Origin: Woeseiaceae bacterium
GTDB lineage: Bacteria > Pseudomonadota > Gammaproteobacteria > Steroidobacterales > Woeseiaceae
DNA: 35,446 nt
Direction of reading: 5' to 3'
Assembly (NCBI GenBank): GCA_041608415.1
Contig: JBFISV010000001.1
Location: 1 to 35,446 of the forward strand
The position numbers were made by a program, and so were the translations under genes. Shown in pieces: positions 15,771-23,162 of the stretch (within the stretch, counting starts at the first letter, position 1; every line of letters begins with the position of its first letter). The notes beneath the pieces are model-generated. The model made no database searches, was not told the origin of the DNA, and worked only from the letters and a program-made list of their open reading frames with translations.

Positions 15771-16676
15771 TCAGCGCTCCGCGCCGGAGAGCGCGTCGTC
15801 GATCCAGTGATCGACGAGCCGGCGCGCGATCGAGACGCGAAACGGAAGCTTCGGAAATCCCGAGCGCAATTCCTTGCGCGTAAACCAGCGCGCATCCTCG
15901 AGTTCGCCATCGTTGAGCGTGATCGCACTCGAAACGGCCTCGGCGACGAAGCCCAGCATCAGCGACGACGGAAACGGCCACGGCTGCGAACTGTGGTAGG
16001 TCACACGGCCCACGCGGACGTTGGTTTCCTCGAACACTTCGCGACGCACCGCGTCCTCCACACTCTCGCCGGGCTCGACGAAGCCCGCAATGGTCGAATA
16101 GCGGCCCTCGGGCCAGCCGCTCTGGCGTCCGAGCAGGCATTGCTTGCCGTTTGCGACGAGCACGATGATCGCCGGATCGACGCGCGGAAACAGCACGCGG
16201 CCGCAATCCGGATCGACGCACTGCCGGGAATTGCCGCCCGCCTTGGGCCGCGCCGACGAGCCGCAGATGCCGCAGTAAAGCTGCGAGCGGTGCCAGACGA
16301 CGAGCGCGCGGGCGTGGGCGACGAGATTGGCCTCGTCGGGCGGCAGCACGGTGCCCAGAAAACGGAGGTCATGGTATGCACCGAGTTCGGGAAACGGCGC
16401 GTTCGCTTCACTCGATATCGCGAACGCGAATGCGGGCCGGTCGCGGAACAGCCCGAGAAAAATCAGCTCGTCGGGATCCATCACGTAATTCGCGGCCTGG
16501 CGGTAATCGAGCATGACGGCCTTGAGCGGGTCGCCGCCGACGAGACACTGGTCCTTCCAGATCGGAACGAAGCGGCTGTCGGCGCTCGCGGCCGCCTCCT
16601 TGATCCAGTCCGGATCCTTGCGGCGCTCGCCGTTGCGATCGACGAACGCGCCCGCGAAGACGTTGTGATTTTCCAT
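15771..16676 (-). CDS. nudC: NAD(H) pyrophosphatase NudC
   Basis: Zinc ribbon CGICG...CVDPDCG; Nudix box GFVEPGESVEDAVRREVFEETNV; NudC signature SQPWPFPSSLM. Confidence 0.88.
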   Translation of the reverse strand: MENHNVFAGAFVDRNGERRKDPDWIKEAAASADSRFVPIWKDQCLVGGDPLKAVMLDYRQAANYVMDPDELIFLGLFRDRPAFAFAISSEANAPFPELGAYHDLRFLGTVLPPDEANLVAHARALVVWHRSQLYCGICGSSARPKAGGNSRQCVDPDCGRVLFPRVDPAIIVLVANGKQCLLGRQSGWPEGRYSTIAGFVEPGESVEDAVRREVFEETNVRVGRVTYHSSQPWPFPSSLMLGFVAEAVSSAITLNDGELEDARWFTRKELRSGFPKLPFRVSIARRLVDHWIDDALSGAER

Positions 16677-16720
16677 GTGCGCTCCTCAACCGGCGTGAGT
16701 GTAGCGCACTGCGGGTCAGA

Positions 16721-17314
16721 TCAGCGTTGCGCGAAACTCCGCACCCCGGGTCGGCGTCTCAAATGGGCCTCGATTTCGCACGACGGGCAGGTCTTGAGAT
16801 CGACGGCGTAGGCGTCCTGCACGTAGCGCGAACGGCAACCGCGGCACACTGCAACGACGAGTTCGTCGTTCCAGCAGAGTGCGAGCAGCAGGTTCCATGC
16901 CCATTCGAAGCTGAATACCGGCTTGTCGTGCAAGAGCAGGTAGTTCTCGAACGCGCGGCAGACGCGATGCCCGAATTCGACATCGGGGCGTGGCCAGTAC
17001 GCGTGCACACGGTTATCGGCGTCGATGCCCATGAGCAGGCCGGCACAGTACAGCGACAGCAGCGTCGTCGACTGCAGCTGGTGCTCCGAGTTGCGTACGA
17101 AGCGGCCGATCTGCCGCGGAGACTTGCCGCGCCGCCGGCGCACGTCGCTGCGTCCTACGTGCTTGAAGTAGCGTGCGTAGAGCTTGCGGATGCGATCGTC
17201 GGAGAGCCCGGTGCAGTCACGGATCGTCCGCGTCCGTGCCTCGTGGCCAATCATCCTGAGCGCGAGCTCGAATTGTGCGCGTTCGCCCGCATAGCGGTCG
17301 TCGGTAAGGCGCAT
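16721..17314 (-). CDS. FlhC-like zinc-ribbon transcriptional regulator (non-flagellar context)
   Basis: 197 aa. The N-terminus FELALRMIGHEARTRTIRDCTGLSDDRIRKLYARY parallels E. coli FlhC [35 protein letters not shown]. It has CxxC-N15-CxxC (VCRGC...CPSC) at the position of the FlhC zinc site. Confidence 0.7.
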   Translation of the reverse strand: MRLTDDRYAGERAQFELALRMIGHEARTRTIRDCTGLSDDRIRKLYARYFKHVGRSDVRRRRGKSPRQIGRFVRNSEHQLQSTTLLSLYCAGLLMGIDADNRVHAYWPRPDVEFGHRVCRAFENYLLLHDKPVFSFEWAWNLLLALCWNDELVVAVCRGCRSRYVQDAYAVDLKTCPSCEIEAHLRRRPGVRSFAQR

Positions 17315-17445
17315 TTTTTTCTTCTCTTGCTAGAAATCGCCCATATATAGGCTAACATTTGCGTTTATTATCCATAATTGGGATGCAAAGACAATATATA
17401 GTTACTACTGAATCGACCCAGATTCGGGACATCCGGAGACGACGC
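17315..17445. promoter_or_regulatory. AT-rich divergent control region between the FlhC-like and FlhD-like genes
   Basis: A 131-bp spacer strikingly AT-rich relative to its flanks. Direct repeat ATATATAG at 17343-17350 and 17394-17401. GGAGA Shine-Dalgarno before the ATG at 17446. Confidence 0.5.
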
Positions 17446-18201
17446 ATGAATTATCAGCCGCCCGATTCGGCCGACCTGGCCAACGTCTACTCGCTCAACC
17501 TCGCTTTTCTGGACATGATCAGGCATTCCGAAAGCGCCAGCGCCCTGCTCGGGCCTCTGCCTCCCGACGCCGCGGGCCGTCTCGAGCAACTCGATTCGAT
17601 CGCAATCGAACGGCTCGCGCGCTGCCCGTTCCTGGTGTTCTCGCTCGGCGAGCACGATGGCCCCCGCTGGCGGCGGCTGTTCGCCAGCCCGCGAACGGCG
17701 GACCTGATCGCTGCGCTGGAAAGGCCCGATCCGGGGGCGGCTCGCATCGCCGCGGCGGCGCTTGCGTTCCTGTGGCAGCTCGCAAAGCGGCGCCCCTACT
17801 CCGCGAGGGTGCTCTGCGGCGCGCCGCTTCAATGGTGCGGGCATCTCGCGGCCCTGACGCTCGTCGAGCTGTTCGACCTCGCGCTCAATGAGGACGCCCT
17901 GCTCGAGTTCCGCTTCGCGGACAATGCGCCGTTCTGGCGCAAACTGATCAACGCGGGGACGAGCGACGAGGCTTCGATACGCGTCGCCGCGCGTGTCACC
18001 GCGCTGCAAACGATGCTCACGGCCGTAGGGTCCGAAGATCGATTCGAGCGCCTGCCGGCGGCGGCTTGCGCCATGCGGCCGCCCGCAGAACGCGTTGCGG
18101 ACCACGGCCATGTGTCGCAAGGCGAAGCGCGTGGTTACAATACGCCGCCTGATGCTCGCGCTCTCGATAAGAAATCTCACCAAAACCTACGCGAACGGTA
18201 A
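17446..18201 (+). CDS. protein with two tandem FlhD-like repeats (pseudo-dimeric FlhD-like)
   Basis: 251 aa. Repeat 1 (aa ~11-68): VYSLNLAFLDM...LDSIAIERLARCPFLVFSLGE. Repeat 2 (aa ~101-160): ALAFLWQLAK...HLAALTLVELFDLALNEDALLEFRFAD. Compare E. coli FlhD IYDINLSYLLLAQ...[26 protein letters not shown]. The 3' end overlaps the yadG start by 50 nt. Confidence 0.6.
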   Translation: MNYQPPDSADLANVYSLNLAFLDMIRHSESASALLGPLPPDAAGRLEQLDSIAIERLARCPFLVFSLGEHDGPRWRRLFASPRTADLIAALERPDPGAARIAAAALAFLWQLAKRRPYSARVLCGAPLQWCGHLAALTLVELFDLALNEDALLEFRFADNAPFWRKLINAGTSDEASIRVAARVTALQTMLTAVGSEDRFERLPAAACAMRPPAERVADHGHVSQGEARGYNTPPDARALDKKSHQNLRER

Positions 18202-19087
18202 GCAGGCACTGAAAGGCATCGACCTCGATGTGGAGGCGGGCGATTTCTATGCATTGTTGGGGCCGAATGGCGCGGGCAAAACGACGGCCATCGGCATCAT
18301 CACCTCGCTCGTGAACAAAACCTCGGGCGACGTCGAAATATTCGGCCACAACATCGAGCGCGAGATCGAAGCGGCGAAAGCCGCAATCGGGCTGGTGCCG
18401 CAGGAGATCAATCTCAACCTTTTCGACAGCGTGCAAAACATCGTGATGAACCAGGCCGGCTACTATGGCCTCGGTCGCAGACTCGCCCGGGAGCGAGCCG
18501 AGCATTACCTGCGCGAACTCAGGCTCTGGGATCGGCGCGACGACAGCGCCCGTATGCTATCGGGCGGCATGAAACGGCGCCTCATGATCGCACGCGCCCT
18601 CGTCCACGAGCCCAGACTCCTCATGCTCGACGAGCCGACGGCGGGCGTCGACATCGAGATCCGCCGCTCGATGTGGGATTTCCTGACCGAGATCAATGCG
18701 GCCGGCACGACGATCATCCTGACGACACATTACCTCGAGGAGGCGGAGTCGCTGTGCCGCCATGTGGCGATCATCGACGACGGCAGGATTATCGAAGACG
18801 CACCGATGAGCACGGTGCTGCGCAAGCTGCAGCGCGAAGTCTTCGTGCTGAGCCTCGCCGACGAGCTGCCGCGCGCGCCGGCGCTCGACGGCTTCGAGGC
18901 GCGCCTGCGCGCGGACGGCGAACTCGAAGTCGCGATCGGGCCCGGCCGCACGCTCAATGACCTGTTCGCGCGGCTGGGCGAGCAGCAAATCCAGGTGCTG
19001 AGCCTGCGCAACAAGGCCAACCGGCTGGAGGAATTGTTCCTGCGGCTCGTCGACAACCGGCAGAACGGGGACGGGTCGAAGGCATGA
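18152..19087 (+). CDS. yadG: ABC-2 type transporter ATP-binding protein YadG
   Basis: Near-collinear with remembered E. coli YadG. Walker A GPNGAGKTT, signature LSGGMKRRL, Walker B LLMLDEPTAGVD, C-terminal SLRNKANRLEELF. Confidence 0.9.
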   Translation: MLALSIRNLTKTYANGKQALKGIDLDVEAGDFYALLGPNGAGKTTAIGIITSLVNKTSGDVEIFGHNIEREIEAAKAAIGLVPQEINLNLFDSVQNIVMNQAGYYGLGRRLARERAEHYLRELRLWDRRDDSARMLSGGMKRRLMIARALVHEPRLLMLDEPTAGVDIEIRRSMWDFLTEINAAGTTIILTTHYLEEAESLCRHVAIIDDGRIIEDAPMSTVLRKLQREVFVLSLADELPRAPALDGFEARLRADGELEVAIGPGRTLNDLFARLGEQQIQVLSLRNKANRLEELFLRLVDNRQNGDGSKA

Positions 19088-19857
19088 ACATCGCCCTCAA
19101 TGCGATTGCCGTAAAAACGGTGGTGCAGAAGGAAATCATTCGCGTACTGCGCATCTGGGTGCAGACGATCGTGCCGCCCGCGATCACGATGACGCTGTAT
19201 TTCGTGATTTTCGGCAACCTGATCGGCAGCCGCATCGGCCCGATGGACGGCTTCGATTACATGGCGTATATCGCGCCGGGCCTGATCATGATGTCCGTCA
19301 TCACGAGTTCCTATGGCAACGTCGTCTCGTCGTTCTTCGGCGCGAAATTCGGCCGCCACGTAGAGGAAATGCTCGTCGCGCCAATGTCCAATGCGGCCAT
19401 CGTGATCGGCCACGTCGCGGGCGGAGTCCTGCGCGGCCTGTTTGTGGGCGCGCTCGTGACGGCGGTTGCGCTGTTCTTCACCAAACTCGAGGTCGAACAT
19501 CCGTTCATCACGCTCTCGGTCGTGTTGTTGTCGTCGATCGTGTTTTCGCTGGCCGGATTCGTCAATGCCGTGTTCGCGAAAAAATTCGACGACATTTCGA
19601 TCGTGCCGACCTTCGTCCTGACGCCGCTGACGTATCTCGGTGGCGTGTTTTATTCGATCTCGTTGCTGCCGGAGTTCTGGCAGAACGTGTCGCGCGCGAA
19701 CCCGATCCTGTACATGGTCAACGCGTTTCGCTACGGCATCCTCGGAACCTCCGACATCAGCATTCTGCACGCCTACGCGATCCTGTTCGTGTTCGTCGTG
19801 GCATTGTTCTCACTTTGCCTGCTGCTCATGAATCGCGGCGTCGGCATCAGGGAGTAG
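19084..19857 (+). CDS. yadH: ABC-2 type transporter permease YadH
   Basis: RIWVQTIVPPAITMTLYFVIFGNLIGSRIG and TPLTYLGGVFYS match remembered E. coli YadH closely. The ATG overlaps the yadG stop (ATGA). Confidence 0.9.
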   Translation: MNIALNAIAVKTVVQKEIIRVLRIWVQTIVPPAITMTLYFVIFGNLIGSRIGPMDGFDYMAYIAPGLIMMSVITSSYGNVVSSFFGAKFGRHVEEMLVAPMSNAAIVIGHVAGGVLRGLFVGALVTAVALFFTKLEVEHPFITLSVVLLSSIVFSLAGFVNAVFAKKFDDISIVPTFVLTPLTYLGGVFYSISLLPEFWQNVSRANPILYMVNAFRYGILGTSDISILHAYAILFVFVVALFSLCLLLMNRGVGIRE

Positions 19858-19859
19858 CC

Positions 19860-20543
19860 ATGTGCGGTCGTTTCGCATTCTATTCCCCGGCCGAGGCAAC
19901 GGCGGCGTTGTTCGGCGTGCGCGGCGCGATGCCGGTCGAGCCGCGCTACAACATCGCGCCGACGCAATTCATTGCCGCGATTCGTACGGCCGACGACGAT
20001 GACCGCGAGCTCGCAATGCTGCGCTGGGGCCTCGTGCCGTTCTGGGCCAAGGATCCGTCCATCGGCAATCGCATGATCAACGCTCGCGCCGAGACCGTCG
20101 CCGAGAAGCCCGCCTTTCGGGCGGCATACCGGCACCGGCGCTGCATCGTGCTGGCCGACGGTTTTTACGAATGGCGCCGCGAGGGCGATGCCAAGACGCC
20201 GTACTTCATCACGCTCGCGACGGGTGGCGCATTCGCGCTCGCGGGCCTGTGGGAGAAGTGGCACGACAAGGACGCGGATGCAGAACTGCAGTCGGCGACG
20301 CTGATTACGACGGCGGCCAACGAGTTCATGGCGGCGGTGCACCATCGCATGCCCATGGTCCTCGAGCCGGACAGGGCGGCGGACTGGCTCGGCGGCGACA
20401 ACGACATGATCGAGACGGCGTCCGACGACTGTCCCGCGCTCACGGCGTGGCCCGTAAGCCGCCGCGTCAACAATGCGCGCAACGAAGGCGAGGAGCTGAT
20501 TTCACCGGCCGGAGAGGAGCTCCGGGCCGACGGTCCGGGCTAG
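19860..20543 (+). CDS. yedK: SOS-response-associated peptidase (SRAP/YedK), abasic-site DNA-protein crosslinking
   Basis: N-terminal MCGRF (Cys2 nucleophile), YNIAPTQ, LRWGLVPFWAK, NARAET, ADGFYEW, HHRMP. GGAG Shine-Dalgarno upstream. Confidence 0.9.
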   Translation: MCGRFAFYSPAEATAALFGVRGAMPVEPRYNIAPTQFIAAIRTADDDDRELAMLRWGLVPFWAKDPSIGNRMINARAETVAEKPAFRAAYRHRRCIVLADGFYEWRREGDAKTPYFITLATGGAFALAGLWEKWHDKDADAELQSATLITTAANEFMAAVHHRMPMVLEPDRAADWLGGDNDMIETASDDCPALTAWPVSRRVNNARNEGEELISPAGEELRADGPG

Positions 20544-22372
20544 TCGGCCGTGCCGGGTTGCCGCCATGGCTGGGTCGCGACCACGAGCGTCCGGGGTCCT
20601 CCGTGCACGCCGAACGCCGTGCCGAGCTCGGTGATCGACAGGCGACGAATATTGCCGAGCCTGGAGCCCAGCGACTCTGCGAGCCGGGATGCGTCACCGG
20701 GGCAAACGGCATGCCCGATCGCGACGTTCAGCGGCGCCGTAGCGTCGACCCGGCGGCCAATGTAGCGCGCAAATTTCTCGATGCGCCGCCCGCGGCCGAG
20801 CAGGAACCCGGCCGTGCCGATACGGCCGTCGCCCGTCGCGCGGATGATCGGCGTCAGCCGCAGCAGATCGGCGATCGTTTTGACATAAGCCGGGATTCGA
20901 CCGCCCCTGACCGCGAACCGGAGGTCGCTGACGATAGCGAAGGCGTTCGTCGCGGGTATGGCTGCTGCGAGGGCCGTGAGCGTTTCGTCCACGTCGAGGC
21001 CCGCGCGCGCGCATTCCGCGGCATAGGCGGCCAGGAGTCCCTGGCCGAGCGACGCGCTGCGCGAGTCGACGACATGGATCCGCCCCGGTGCATCGACGCG
21101 CGCGGCCGCCGCCTTTGCGGCCTGCACGGTGCCGCTCACCGTCGAGGTCACGTTGACGGAAATGACGTCGGGAAAGTGGCTCGCGAGAAACTGGAACTGG
21201 CGTCGAAAATCGCCGGGTGCGGGCTGCGAGGTCGTCGGGTGTACGGGGTTCGTGGCCAGCTCGCCGAAGAATTCCTCAGTGGAGATGCTGACCTTGTCCA
21301 GGTAGCCGCGATCGCCGAACTGTATGCGCATCGGAACCATGTGAATATCCAGCCGTTCCATGTCTTCGTCGGGGATATCGGCTGCCGAGTCGGTGATGAC
21401 GGCAAAGCGGCGCGTCGCATCGTGGCTGCTGACGTGCTGGCGGTGCATGTCGTCCGCCTTCTCGGCACCGACATCGCCGTAGCTGCGTCCGACATCGAAT
21501 ACCTGTTCGGGATCGTCGGTATGTATGTGAATCTTGGCCTTGCGCTTGGTGCCCGCGAGCACGAGAGAGTCGCCGAGCCGGCTCAGGGATTCGCGCAACT
21601 TGCGCCGATCGATGTCGCTGCCGGTAACGATGCATTCGGTGCAGTAGCGGAACGCGGATTCCTCGCCCGCCGCCGAGGTCTCGAACGACAGTTGTTCCTG
21701 AAGCCCCCTGGCGACGTCCGGTTGCGGCGCAACTCGCCCGTCCACGATGAACTCGGCCATCCCCGAGATCATCGCGACAAAGCCCTTCGCGCCCGCGTCG
21801 ACGACGCCGGCTTTCCTGAGCACCTCGAGCTGCTGCGGCGTTTCGGCGAGTGCCGCTTCGATCCGCTGCAATGCCTCCGTCATGACGGGTCTGAAGTCCT
21901 GCTGCGCGTGGTCGATCGCCTGGCGCCGCACGCTGTCGGCGAAGGCGGCAATGACTGAAAGAATCGTGCCTTCGCGAGGCTCCGAGAGCGCGTCATGGGC
22001 GTATTCGCTGCCGAGCGTCACGGCATTGCTGAAGGTGTAGGGCGTGAAGCGGCTCATCTCGCCGGCCGAGTCGCTGAGGCCCTGGAAAAACTGCGCCAAT
22101 ATTGCTCCCGAATTGCCGCGTGATGCGTCGAGCAGCGCATCCGCAACGGCGGCGAGCAGCGTGCCGAGGTGCGGATCGGTGTCGCGCTCGAGAACGGCCA
22201 GCACGGCCGCCAGCGACAGGCTCAGGTTCGTCCCGGTGTCGCCGTCGGCGACCGGGAAGACATTGATGCGGTTCAGGAGATCCTGCTGTTCGATGACCCT
22301 GTGGATTCCGGAGACCAGCGCCTGGGCGAGCTCCCTGCCCGCAATGTGGGTGGACGATCGCGCGCCGCTCAA
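20540..22372 (-). CDS. DhaL/Dak2 domain fused to DegV (FakB-like) fatty-acid-binding domain
   Basis: 610 aa. The N-terminal ~200 aa carry the Dak2 motif VADGDTGTNL and GNSG. The C-terminal ~290 aa carry DegV hallmarks FAVITDSAADIP, TSQPAPGDF, VTSTVSGTVQAA. Confidence 0.8.
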   Translation of the reverse strand: MSGARSSTHIAGRELAQALVSGIHRVIEQQDLLNRINVFPVADGDTGTNLSLSLAAVLAVLERDTDPHLGTLLAAVADALLDASRGNSGAILAQFFQGLSDSAGEMSRFTPYTFSNAVTLGSEYAHDALSEPREGTILSVIAAFADSVRRQAIDHAQQDFRPVMTEALQRIEAALAETPQQLEVLRKAGVVDAGAKGFVAMISGMAEFIVDGRVAPQPDVARGLQEQLSFETSAAGEESAFRYCTECIVTGSDIDRRKLRESLSRLGDSLVLAGTKRKAKIHIHTDDPEQVFDVGRSYGDVGAEKADDMHRQHVSSHDATRRFAVITDSAADIPDEDMERLDIHMVPMRIQFGDRGYLDKVSISTEEFFGELATNPVHPTTSQPAPGDFRRQFQFLASHFPDVISVNVTSTVSGTVQAAKAAAARVDAPGRIHVVDSRSASLGQGLLAAYAAECARAGLDVDETLTALAAAIPATNAFAIVSDLRFAVRGGRIPAYVKTIADLLRLTPIIRATGDGRIGTAGFLLGRGRRIEKFARYIGRRVDATAPLNVAIGHAVCPGDASRLAESLGSRLGNIRRLSITELGTAFGVHGGPRTLVVATQPWRQPGTAD

Positions 22373-22487
22373 TGACGTTGCCTGCCGGGGCCACGGGCCC
22401 GCCTGTCGAGTTCACGCGACAATGGCGGGTCCTTTACCGAGCGGCGCGCTGCGCTCAACGCACGGCTGTCCGGGTGCAACGAGCGGG

Positions 22488-23159
22488 TCAATCACGCAGC
22501 AACACGAAGGCCGTGCCGTCGTCGTCGAGGACGACGCCGTCGCGCGTGATCTCGCGAACGACCGGCCCTTCGGCGAGCCGGTCGCGCTCGCGATACTTGT
22601 TCATGTTGATGAAAACGAAGCGGTCGGACGGGGCGTCGCTGAAAACGTGAATGTCGACATGAAGGTCGGGCAGTTGCAATGTGCCGTTCGCGCGCAACTC
22701 GGCGAGGCTCGGGAGCAGGGCGAAATTACGGTCCGGGGCGGGGTTTGCGGCGCTCGATCCGTCGTCGCGCGGCCGCGGTCCGGTCGAACCCGGGACGGGG
22801 CCGGATCCCGTCCGCGCGACGCTCCCCGGGAGGGTCTCCGCAACGGTCCCGGCAGCGGGGCCCGCGGGCCGCTGGAGCCGTGCCTGTTCGACCCGGGCCC
22901 TGAAGCCGGCCGTGTCCGTCTCGGCGGTGGCGCCCTGCCGTTCCGCGGCGGTCTGTGTTGGCAGCGTCGCGGGTCCGGACTTCTTGAAAAGCGCAAGGCC
23001 GACGACTGCGATGTTGACCGCGAGCAGGCCGCCGAGCACCCACAACCAGCGCGGCGCACGGCCGGCATCGGGCGCTCTGGGCACGGTCGCAAACTCGGCC
23101 GGCGTTTTCCGCTGGCGCTCGTTTTCCGATTTCTTCAGTGCATCGAGGATGAACGACAT
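22488..23159 (-). CDS. gspB: general secretion pathway protein B (GspB/ExeB-like)
   Basis: Characteristic N-terminus MSFILDALKKSE, a single TM segment (WLWVLGGLLAVNIAVVGLALF), a Pro/Ala-rich spacer, and a conserved C-terminal domain (LHVDIHVFS...FVFINMNKY). Lies immediately downstream of exeA. Confidence 0.65.
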   Translation of the reverse strand: MSFILDALKKSENERQRKTPAEFATVPRAPDAGRAPRWLWVLGGLLAVNIAVVGLALFKKSGPATLPTQTAAERQGATAETDTAGFRARVEQARLQRPAGPAAGTVAETLPGSVARTGSGPVPGSTGPRPRDDGSSAANPAPDRNFALLPSLAELRANGTLQLPDLHVDIHVFSDAPSDRFVFINMNKYRERDRLAEGPVVREITRDGVVLDDDGTAFVLLRD

Positions 23160-23162
23160 CGA

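Noticed and set aside
16721-18201. The FlhC/FlhD-like pair as evidence of a flagellar regulon or an integrated conjugative element
   Set aside because: No flagellar, chemotaxis, conjugation, integrase or partition genes occur within the window. The neighbours are housekeeping-type genes (nudC, yadGH, yedK).
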